From Octopus sinensis (lineage: Eukaryota): a DNA stretch of 64,000 nt. The stretch lies in assembly GCF_006345805.1 (NCBI RefSeq), contig NC_043019.1, positions 13,825,360-13,889,359 on the forward strand, written 5' to 3'. The notes beneath the pieces were generated by a model. That model saw only the letters and a program-made list of their open reading frames with translations. It was not told the origin of the DNA and did not search any database. Shown in pieces: positions 53,275-64,000 of this stretch; position 1 is the first letter of the stretch; every line of letters begins with the position of its first letter. The translations under genes and the position numbers were made by a program.

Positions 53275-53519
53275 ACCATCAAAGCCTTTCTTCCCAAGAT
53301 GATTGAACGGAACTCTGGTCATATAGTCACAATTTCATCGACAGCTGGTGTAATAGGCGTGAACAAACTAACCGGGTACTGTGCCAGTAAATTTGCTTGT
53401 GTTGGACTGGATGAAGCCTTGAGATCAGAACTTAGCTCTCTAAAAAAAGATGGAGTTCATATGACATTGGCTTGTCCTTACTACACGAATACTGGCATGT
53501 TCCTTGGTGCAAAGACGAG
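53275..53519 (+). CDS. SDR16C5-like: SDR16C-family dehydrogenase, coding exon 4 (catalytic); gene continues beyond window
   Basis: Polypyrimidine tract plus cgccag acceptor. TIKAFLPKMIERNSGHIVTISSTAGVIGVNKLTGYCASKFACVGLDEALRSEL...CPYYTNTGMFLGAKT-R, with catalytic Ser and YxxxK (Tyr codon at 53377). GTAGGT donor at 53520 (phase 2). No matching downstream exon found up to 64000. Confidence 0.95.
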
Positions 53520-53676
53520 GTAGGTTCCATGTTTCTCATACTTATTTGTCGTAAAATTCCTGATAAGCAAGTAGTATCTTTATGTTTTTTTATCCGAGTT
53601 TATGTTTTATCACAATTCTATATTGTATATATATTATATATACATACATATACATATATATGTATATATATATATA

Positions 53677-53711
<35 letters not shown>

Positions 53712-53787
53712 CTTGTGTCTCGGGGTAACTTTCTAGGAGCAATTTCATGGTCATTCACAACCGAAGGGGGTCACAACAATTTATATA

Positions 53788-54250
53788 TGTAACCCCCCGA
53801 GGCACAAGTCTAGGCAAGGTTGTTTATGGAAGACCAGCAGTCGCTCACGCATACCGGTCTCCCCTCTCCACGCCACCGATGTTATCCAAGGGAAAGGCAA
53901 AGGGGCCGATACAGCTTGCCACCTGTGACATCTCAGCTCATTTATTAACGTGCAAGTGGCTGAGCACTCCACAGACACATGTACCCTTAATGTAGTTCTC
54001 GGGGAGATTCAGCGTAACACAGAGTGTGACAAGGCTGGCCATTTGAAATACAGGTACAACAGAAACAGGAAGAAAGAGTGAGAGAAAGTTATAGTGAAAG
54101 AGTACAGCAGGGGTCGCCACCACCCCCTGCCTCGTGGAGCTTTAGGTGTTTTTGCTCAATAAACACACACAATGCCCGGTCTGGGAATCAAAACCACGAT
54201 CCTACGACCGCAAGTCCGCTGTCCTGACCACTGGGCCATTGCACCTCCAC
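53788..54250 (-). mobile_element. SINE group C variant with a further tail type (G)
   Basis: C head and body, then tttcccttggataacatcggtggc...aacaaccttgcctagacttgtgcc. The same tail occurs on the plus strand at ~31270-31415. Confidence 0.78.
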
Positions 54251-54827
54251 ACACACACACACACAAGAATGAAAGAGAGAGAGGTTTGCTGATACAAACA
54301 ATAAAATACTACTCAAACATGAGAATTATATTTATTTTTCCATATTATCAAAATCAGCAGAGACTGCCGAGCGAGTTTAGGGCAAGGAAGTTTCGTATAT
54401 CGGCACAGTTCCCGCCTATTAAATTCACCGAGAAGGTATCTGCCGGCACGAGGGCAATCGTAGAAGTCACTCGGCCAAATTATTGTCCCAGATGCCGAAA
54501 CCAAACCAAAAACGGAAATGGAAACCGAAACCACGTGACTGCAAAGCAGGCTTCTTCCTTAACTGCACCAACCGCAGCCTAACCCATGATTATGGGATGA
54601 TTTATAACATGGTATAACCCAGAGGACGAATTATACGATAAATTACAGAGAAAGATATAAATTATAATGGTTATCCATCATTTTTTCCCTCCTAACATTC
54701 TTTCTGTGGTTTGTAACGTTATCTTTCCGTTATTCATAAACATATTTTCTGGTCAATTATAACATAGACATCCGGTTAAGAAATGCTGCTCGCTTGTGGT
54801 TGTATAGACTTCTGTGCTTTTGGTGCG

Positions 54828-55143
54828 GGCGTAGGCGGTGTGGCAAGAAGCTGGCTTCCCCCGACCACATGGTTCCGGGTTCGGTCCGACTGCGTGCCAC
54901 CCTGAGGGATGGGCGTTTGTGTGTAGCCCCCGGGTCGACTAAAGCCTCGATTGTGTGTGGATTTGGTAGAAGGAAGCTGTTTGGAGGCCAGTCGTATGTA
55001 TGTATGTATGTATGTATGTATGTATGTATGTATGTATGTATGTATGTATGTATGTATGTAGTATGCGTGTGTATGTATGTATGTTTGTATGTATGTATGT
55101 ATGTTTGTATGTTTGTTTGTATGTTTGTATGTTTGTATGTATG

Positions 55144-55177
<34 letters not shown>

Positions 55178-55880
55178 TGTATGTATGTATGTATGTATGT
55201 ATGTATGTGTGTGTATGTATGTATGTTTGTATGTATGTATGTATGTTTGTATGTTTGTTTGTATGTTTGTATGTATGTATGTATGTATGTATGTATGTAT
55301 GTATGTATGTATGTATGTATGTACCTATGTATGTATGCATATGTGTTTGTATATATGTATGTATGTATGTATATATGTATGTATATGTTTGTATGTGTGT
55401 GTATGTATGGTTGTATGTATATGTTTGTATGTGTGTGTATGTATGGTTGTATGTATGTACGTATGAATGTATGTGTATATATATATATATGTATGTATGT
55501 ATGCATGCGTGTAATATATGCATGTATGTATATATGTGAGTATATATGTGTGTATGTATGTTTATTTGTAGATATCTGTTTGTGCGTGTGGATATATGTG
55601 TGTATATGTGAGTGTGTATATATATGCATATATATACGTGTGTGTGCGTGTGCGTGCGCGTGAGTTTGTCCCTTACCGGTGTTGTTTTGTTTTCGTCTCC
55701 ATAACTTACCGCTTCGGCAAAAGCAACCTATAGAATAAATATCAGATTGTGAAAAAACAAAAACAAAAACAAAAACAAAAAAAATCAGCAACAACAATAA
55801 AAGACGTACCCAGGGGACCGATTCGTTCTACTTAATATCCTTTCAAGGCGGTGCTCCAACATGGCCGCAAGTCTAAAAAA
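54828..55880 (+). mobile_element. Old SINE-A whose internal microsatellite expanded to ~670 bp (TATG)n
   Basis: Diverged head at 54828-54993, (TATG/TGTA)n to ~55660, then the diverged 3' half (ttcggcaaaag...aaggcggtgctccaacatggccgca). Confidence 0.7.
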
Positions 55881-56184
55881 GTGAAACAAAGAAGAGATAA
55901 CAGATACAAAAAAATTATAGAAAAAAAAGCTAAAAAGAAAACATATTTTCTTGTGAATTATAACACGAACATCCTGATGCGAAATTCTTCTGTTTATTCT
56001 TTTACGATGCTGGCAAGTTGCCGCGAACAGCTTTCTGGTCGTTGATGAGTTTTGTGTGTAAACGAGGCGAGGTGGAGGTTGAGGAATTTATCTCACACAG
56101 TTTAGTGGTTTTTCTTCAAAGGGTATTTTAAGTTTCATTCAGATATATAGCACAAAGCACAACAGATTCTTAGCTTTATTTATA

Positions 56185-56365
56185 CAGGGTGTTCAAAAAA
56201 AAGTCTCTCCGCAGTGAAATGTTTTTTTTCATTCTGTGCATGCGCAACTTGGCTATCACTGCGTTGACGGGCCGGGTGTCAGCCGTCGTCCCTCAGTCAT
56301 TGTGTACTCTTCAGCATGTCGACATGCTAACCATTGAAGAACGTATATTGTTTTGTAGTCTTAAA
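56185..56365 (+). mobile_element. 5' end of a Tc1/mariner-superfamily element
   Basis: TA|cagggtgttcaaaaa TIR-like start followed by ATG 56324 MLTIEERI. A related terminus occurs at 18524-18567 (gagggtgttcaaaaagtctcttcgcagtgaatg). Confidence 0.5.
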
Positions 56366-56546
56366 AAAACCCCAAAAAACGTTGCCCTTTTCAAGCCTAG
56401 CCAGGCTCATGGGCCTGGTTTCCCGGTTTCTGTGATATATGTGTTCCCCCCCAGCTGAACGGGACGCCAGTCCATCGCAGCGTTACTCAAGAAACAGGAA
56501 GAGAGAGTGAGAGAAAGTTGTGGTGGAAGAGTACAATTAATTATTA

Positions 56547-56625
56547 CAGTAATCCCTCGACTATTGCGGGAGTTCCGTTCCCAAACCCCCCCGAGATAGG
56601 TGAAAATCCGGGAAGTAGAAACAGT
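56547..56625 (+). mobile_element. pogo/Tigger-like terminal fragment
   Basis: TA|cagtaatccctcgactattgcgg resembles Tigger-type TIRs; no partner TIR found. Confidence 0.35.
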
Positions 56626-57259
56626 ACTGTACTGTACTCTTTACAGTTTTACTTGTTTCAGTCATGTGACTGCGGCCATACTGGGACACCGCCTTTAGGC
56701 GAGCAAATCAACCCCAGGATTTATTCTTTGTAAGCCTAGTACTCATTCCTTCGGTCTCCTTTGCCGAACCGCTACGTTATGGGGACGTAAACACACCAGC
56801 ATCGGTTGTCAAGTGATGATGGTGGGACAAACACAGACACACACACATAAATATTTACACACACACACGCACACACACACACGCACACACACACACATAT
56901 ATATATATATATGTGACGTACCAAATCCACTCATAAGGTTTTGGTCTGCCCGAAGCTGTAGTAGAAGACACTTACCCAAGGCTTCACGCAGTGGGACTGA
57001 ACCCGGAACCATGTGGTTGGGAAGCAAGCTTCTTACCACACAGCCACTCCTACGCCTATATATCATCATCCTTCATCATTTCAAATCCGGGTTTTGTCCC
57101 CGTTATAGGAGGTAGCCGGATCTCCCTCAATGCCAGAGTATCAATCCCACTGCGTCGCACCTTGTGCAAATGTCTCTCTGATTATAGCTCAGGGCCAACC
57201 TGAGCCTTGTGAGTGGGTTTGGTTGACGGACAACAGAACCACACTCACCGCGCGCGCGT

Positions 57260-57298
57260 GTATGTATATATATATAATATATATATATTATATATCTA

Positions 57299-57351
<53 letters not shown>

Positions 57352-57539
57352 ATATGCATGTTTATATAAATATATGTTTTATATATATAATATGCATGTT
57401 TATATATATATATATATGCATGTTTATATATATATATATATATATGTTTGTATAAATGTATATGATGTATATATTTATATAACGTATGTATATATAATAT
57501 ATATTAATGTGTATATATATATATATTTGTATGTATGTA

Positions 57540-57610
<71 letters not shown>

Positions 57611-57693
57611 TATGTATATTAATGTATATATCAATGTGTATATATAATATATATATTTGTATATATGTATCTATCTATCTGTCTGTCTGTCTA

Positions 57694-57746
<53 letters not shown>

Positions 57747-57752
57747 GCATAT

Positions 57753-57785
<33 letters not shown>

Positions 57786-58277
57786 CTCAAATTTTCACAG
57801 CCCCCATATGCATTTAATGAGTCATGTATGTATAATGTTATTTCTGCCCGTTAATATACACGCTGACCTTTGAGAAAGGAACCAAATCTCAAGCAGAGTT
57901 GATAAACTGGGCTGTCATTTCGATATTTGGAAAAGGTCAAAGGGCAATATCCGTCTTACCGAACCTCTTCTAAATGCTTCTCTTTTGCCGCTCATCAAAA
58001 TGTATCTGTTTCTACTCCGTCTCAAATCCATCATTCCATTACTTTTGGTTTGCCAGCTTCTGGCTTTTAAGCGCTGTGAGTCTGTCTGTCTGTCTGACTG
58101 TCCGTCTGTCCGTCTGTCTGTCCTGTCTATCTGCTCTGTCTGTCTGTCTGTCTTTTTGTCTGTCTGTCTGTCTGTCTGTCCTCTCTCTCCCTCGTCTATC
58201 TGTCTATCCATCTATCTATCCTTTCTATCTATCTATCCATCTATCTATCATTTCTATCTATCTATCCATCTATCTAT

Positions 58278-58359
<82 letters not shown>

Positions 58360-58401
58360 CTCTCTCTCCTTGTCTATCTATCTATCCATCTATCTATCCT
58401 T

Positions 58402-58454
<53 letters not shown>

Positions 58455-58649
58455 AAATCTGTCTGTCTGTCTGTCTTTCTGTCTGTCTGTCTGTCTTTCT
58501 GTCTGTCTATGTCGCTGTCCGCCGGTCTCTCTTTGTCTCTCTCTCTCTCTCTCACTTATACATACGTCCATACATACATACATACATACATACACACTCG
58601 CATACATATACATACATACGGTTGAATCTGACATATGTAAATATTACAT

Positions 58650-58680
<31 letters not shown>

Positions 58681-58830
58681 AAAGAGAGAGAAAGAGAGAG
58701 AGAGAAGGAGAGAGAGAGAGAGATAGTTCATTGTATGTATATTTAGTATGCAGAATGCTCCCCTGAGGCACTTTCCCTTAGATCTATTGTTGATGTAACA
58801 CAACACACGCACACACATACACGCGCACAC

Positions 58831-58868
<38 letters not shown>

Positions 58869-58890
58869 CACACCACACCACACACACACA
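57260..58890. repeat. (TA)n, (TC)n, (TCTG/TCTA)n, (GA)n and (CA)n field
   Basis: Direct reading of the sequence. Confidence 0.9.
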
Positions 58891-60009
58891 ACACACGTAT
58901 TTAGGTAAATGGGGAATAGCTTTCCCTTCAAACATCGTACATTTGCGTTTGATCGTTTTATTAAATGTTTTTTTCATAATTCCTTATCAGTACTTTGTTT
59001 AGTTTGGAAAAATACTGCTTCTAAATTAGTCTTCTGTTTCAACTTTCTCAATCCCAATTTCAAAATAAACTGTTGTAATAACTGCGTGTAAGTGCGTTTT
59101 GCAATAAGCTGCAAAGGGTCTTGGGAATAATTTTGCAACTGATAAAATCATCAACGCCGGAGTGAAAATTATATAACGGTAAATCCTGTAGATGTCACGA
59201 TCTCAGGATATATCATTTTATGTGTGATTTATCCGTGTTAAATTTAGATTTGTATTTTACTGTTGGTTAAAGCATTCATTATTATTATTATTTATTTTTT
59301 GTTGTGGAATTGCAGAAATCATAGTGTTGCCAATTTGTATTTTTCTAGCCAGTTTTATTTTGTGTACTGCATTATAACGTGCAGCAAAAGTTGTGAATGC
59401 ATAATCAACAGACGTGAAAGTGTTGTAGCTGTGTGGGATCTTTGAGGTTTCTGTTACGGATTTCGAAATTTTAAAATCAAGTGAAAATATTCAAATTTAG
59501 TATATTGATGTAATTTTTTCATGCCGATCCAGAATTTTGGATCCATTTATCACCACCACCCCACCGATAAAAAAAAATGAGTAAAATGTTACAGAAGTTC
59601 AAATTTCATAATCGGAAGCTGGCATTTTCTGCATGATAGCTGTCTGTCACAAAATGACAGACATACATAAGATACGTACAAAATGATACCGCTCGTCAAA
59701 ACTTGTGATGGTGAAAGTCTCAACTTGTTACTATGGAAACAGAGACACCAATGTGAGATTTACGGTCATGTGTATAATTGTGGCTTTCGATTGGCTAAAA
59801 TTATCACCCCATATTTGCTGATTTTAAAAGCTGTTAACTTTTTATTTATCGGTTCATGTCAAAAATGAATTTCATTTTCATAATTAACATGCAAAACTAA
59901 ATCGGTATAACTAAATTTGAAAACGATTAGAACAAAATTGAAAATATACGATACCTGTAATTGCAACCGAACAGATCCATTGTCTGTCGGAGTCTTGAAG
60001 TTTACAAAG

Positions 60010-60360
60010 CACCACCATCATCCACCACCACCACCACCACCACCACCACCACCTCCACAACCTCCACCACCACCACCACCACCACCGCCACCACCACCAC
60101 CAAAACCACCACCACCACCACCAAAACACCACCACCACCACCACCTCCACCACCACCACCACCACCACCACCAAAACCACCACCAAAACCACCACCACCA
60201 CCACCACCACCACCACCAAAACCACCACCACCACCACCACCACCACCACCACCACCACCACCACCACTAAAACCACCACCACCACCACCACCACCGCCAC
60301 CACCAACACCACCATCACCACCACCAAAACCACCCACCACCACTACCACCACCATCACCA
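60010..60360. repeat. (CCA)n microsatellite
   Basis: Imperfect CCA tract; source of the poly-Pro/Thr/His ORFs. Confidence 0.92.
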
Positions 60361-60522
60361 ATCCATAGAGGGTGTCTTATGCTGACTGAAATGTTCAGGC
60401 ATCTTTAGTACTTAAACGAGTATATTTTTCTCGACGGCAAACTTTTGTAAAAAAAGCACTTTACAGTTCCAAATATATCTCAGACCTATTCGAACTGGTC
60501 TAAAGTTTGTTTATTTTCCGTT

Positions 60523-60628
60523 ACTTACCCAGATATCATACTGCACTTACCCAGATATATCATATTGCACTTACCCAGATATATCATATTGTACTTACCC
60601 AGATATATCAGGCACTTACCCAGATATC
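60523..60628. repeat. Five-copy 21-24-bp tandem repeat containing ACTTACCCAG
   Basis: acttacccagatat at 60523, 60545, 60569, 60593, 60614. Confidence 0.9.
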
Positions 60629-60959
60629 CTATTTACGTTGAAATTTGTATTTTTCATCGGTTGTCTGAAATACGTCCTGTGGTCTGCTAGTTTTGTGGGT
60701 TTTTTTATCTTAATAAGGATATTTTTTTCATGTTGGTGTTAGAGTAATATATATTTATTTATGAGTTTGTGGTTAGGCGTGGCTTTGTGAGTTTATTTTA
60801 AAGTGATATATTCATCCATTTTAAAACCACTGAGCATCTGGTTCTTATCGTAAACGATATATGCAGTCCGTGTGTTTTTAGTGAGTGTTGCATCTCATTT
60901 ATTAGCGTGTGTGAATCCGGTTTTGTATTTTTACAAGACGGTGTCTACAAATTTATTAA

Positions 60960-61380
60960 CGTAGCCTCTCTTGAAGCTCCTGGCAAAGAGGATCGATGAC
61001 TTCCTTAGCAGAGCCTTGAGAACCATCGAGAACATCTGATTGTACTATCACCTTCCCAACGAAGGACATCGCATGCACTGGTACGGACATGTCCTCTATA
61101 TCCCGCTAGATCATCCTACCAGGGCTTTGATCTCATTCGACGCAGTAGCTGCAGACTGGAAGTGGCCTCATGTCAGGCCCTGTAACAAATGGTTGTACGT
61201 GATTGGGAAAGATCTCCAGAAACTCATCGTTACTTTAGAGGATGCTGAGGGACTGGCACAGGACTGCCAGCGATAGAGAACACTGGTGGACATGCTCGGA
61301 TATACACATGATAACGTCTCTGGGACCACTAATCTGCGATGAACCCAGCTTTATCAAGCAAGGGCATGAAGCGAAGCGGC
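60960..61380 (+). mobile_element. Decayed RTE-clade LINE 3' fragment (different subfamily)
   Basis: HRMHWYGHVLYIPLDHPTRALISFD...WKWPHVRPCNKWLYVIGKDL...TLEDAEGLAQDCQR*RTLV resembles the RTE C-terminal W-GHV...GRP..W..D...WR motif. Confidence 0.7.
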
Positions 61381-61842
61381 CTATTATTAACTAACGTCCG
61401 TTTTACGCGTAGAGCTTTATTGAAAAAGTCTTTAACATCTTTTTGCGGTCACTTTTGTCTGATTTTAATGTTTACAACGTTTACCTTAATCTTCTGTTAT
61501 GTCTCTTTTATATTTTGTATAACCAAACTTTACTCATGTGGTGAACTTTTGCGAATATCTCTACTTTTTAAATGAGATCGTAATTTTTATTAGGATGTGA
61601 TATTACTCAGCTATACATAATTCACATTGTTCAGTTCCGTTCCAGAATGATATACTCCGCTTAACAACGGATCAGTTGAGATTCAAATTGTCAATATAAT
61701 TTTCTTTCAGTTGCCAAGCTACAGCATCGTACACGTTTCATTCTCCATATGTGCCTTTATGTGTGAGCGTGTATATATATATATATATGGTCTCCGTGTA
61801 TGTATTTATGTGTTTCTGTGTTTATAGATGTGTGTGTGTATG

Positions 61843-62095
61843 GCCTAGTGTCTAGGGAGAATGCACTCGCGATCACAAAATCGTGAACAAACTACTTCAT
61901 TTCAAGTTGCTCCAATCCATTCAGCAGCAAAGGGGTAAAACTGCAACTGACTGGCATTGCGTTTAGGGGTCACTTGGCACTCAGGAGCCTAGCCACCAGG
62001 GTGGCATCATTCGAAAGCTAAAACAACACGAAGCGCATTGTGACCAATAATGTATACCTTCCAGTAGTCTGGTCCATGCAGCGATTCAGCGCTAC
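61843..62095 (+). mobile_element. SINE group C variant with tail F
   Basis: Diverged head and E body, then gggtggcatcattcgaaagctaaaac...aagcgcattgtgacc. Same tail at ~50640-50845 and ~63575-63820. Confidence 0.7.
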
Positions 62096-62100
62096 ATGCG

Positions 62101-62172
<72 letters not shown>

Positions 62173-62896
62173 GATACGCATATACACACATGTATATATA
62201 ATTAAATACACCCATATATACACACAGAAAATATAAACATACACCACACACCTATATATATTCACAATATACATATATATATATATATGTATACATGCGC
62301 ATATAGACAAATATGCACGCACACACATATTGGTTGTACTTGTAAATATTTTATGTGTGTATTGTAATCTCTACTGATTACTTTCGCGAATACAGTATTT
62401 TAAAATCTCTTGCGTAATTTCAGCAAAGCAGAAAAATTGAAAAGTAACATTGTATTAACTTTAAAGGACTATATCATGTCATACATATATTTATCTAATT
62501 TTCCATTGCTATAGAGCACTTTTGTTTTTGTTATATATTTATGAGAGAGACAGCAGAAATGATTGATGTATATCCTTGTGCATATATCTAGCTGCCACTA
62601 CCAAACTACCTATATATATATATGCATATAAACGCACCCTCCAGTTACACACACATAGTCATTTGTTTATGCTCTATACGTACGTGTGTATGTGTTTTGT
62701 TAAGGAGGCAATGCTATTAATTTAAAGATGAGAGAGTGAAGAAATTGGTGAGGAGGCATGAGATGAAAGATGGAGGAGGGGTGAAGAGGGGGTAAGAAAT
62801 GATAACATGGATGTACCCGGGACTTCTCAAGGGGGTAGAGGGAGGATGTTATCACAACGTTTGTTATTTTTATTTTTGTGCGAAGCTTGAGTAGCA

Positions 62897-62964
<68 letters not shown>

Positions 62965-64000
62965 AGTGAGAGAGAGAGTGAGTGAAAGAGAGGGAGAGCG
63001 AGAGAGAGAGGTTGGAAAGAAAGCGGCTTGGCTGACTGTGTGGTAATATAGATTCTGTATGTATGCTTATATGAGTCTATCTCTATGTAAGTATCTATAT
63101 GGATGTGTGTATGTGTGTGTGTGTGTGCGTGTGTGTTATGGGTTGTGAAAACATAAGGTGAAAACGTGTGCACGTGTGTGTATGCATGCGTGACACACAC
63201 ACACATACACATAAACATACACACACACACACACACTCACAAATATATTCTAGAATTTTTTCTGATAGTATATTTGTTTAGGCTTCGGTCAGCTATCATT
63301 AAGCATGTCTATGATCAAAAGTATGCCCGTCCCATCCATGGCCACCCAGACTGTGTCGGCAGAGGAAGGCCTACATTATCCAATATGTATTTTTCCATTA
63401 TTAATACCAAGCCAAATGCGGCGAGCTGGCAGAATCGTTAGTACATCTGGCGAAATGCTTAGCAGTATTTCGTCTGCTGCTACGTTCTGAGTTCAAATTC
63501 TGCCGAGGTCGACTTTGCCTTTCATCCTTCCAGGGTCGATGAAATAAGTAACAGTCAATGGATCTAGTTTGTTTAGTTGCCAGTATTTCGATTCCCGGAC
63601 CGGGAAATGAGCCACTTCATTTCCCGTTGCCCCAGTCCACACAGCTGCAAATGGGTCACCATGCGACGGATTAGCCTTCCAGTCAGGGTGGAGGAGGGTA
63701 GGGGTGGATGTTGGCCTGCTCGCCCAGCCAGCGGGGTGGCATCATTTGAAAGCTAAAACGATGCAAAGCGCATTGTGACCAGCGACGTATTACATCCAAG
63801 TAGTCTGGTCGATAACCTGATACGTATATATATATATTATATATATATATATATAATAATATATATATATATAAATAAATGCACCTTTTAAAGCCTAGCC
63901 AGGCTCATGGGCCGGTTTCCCGGTTTCCGTGGCGTATGTGTTCCCCAGCTGGACGCGACGCCAGTCCATCGCAGCGTTACTCATTTTTGCAAGCTGAGTG

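Noticed and set aside
63280-63400. Possible SDR exon 5 after ttgtttag
   Set aside because: The phase-2 reading (RLRSAIIKHVYDQKYARP...) has no resemblance to the SDR16C C-terminus and lacks a good donor.

Overview
AT-rich, microsatellite- and SINE-dense eukaryotic (metazoan) DNA. The repeat landscape looks like an octopod cephalopod genome; this is inference from repeat types, not a database result. One protein-coding gene is supported: a plus-strand SDR16C-family short-chain dehydrogenase (retinol dehydrogenase RDHE2/RDH10/HSD17B11-like). Four of its coding exons splice in frame (36285-36588, 38358-38542, 52152-52283, 53275-53519); the 3' exon(s) lie beyond the window. The rest is transposon debris and simple repeats. 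It includes three tRNA-headed SINE groups, one forming ~184-bp concatemers and one with combinatorially swapped modules. It also includes two Penelope-like fragments (one ending in a minimal hammerhead-like motif), an R4/Dong-type RLE LINE end inside a TAA microsatellite, RTE and L1/Tx1 remnants, two copies of one internally deleted mariner, two Helitron-type non-autonomous elements, a MITE and minisatellites with higher-order structure. There is a 100-N gap. Most ORFs in the supplied track are microsatellite or SINE artefacts. SINE family letters are my own labels, and repeat boundaries are approximate unless a TSD or TIR is quoted.
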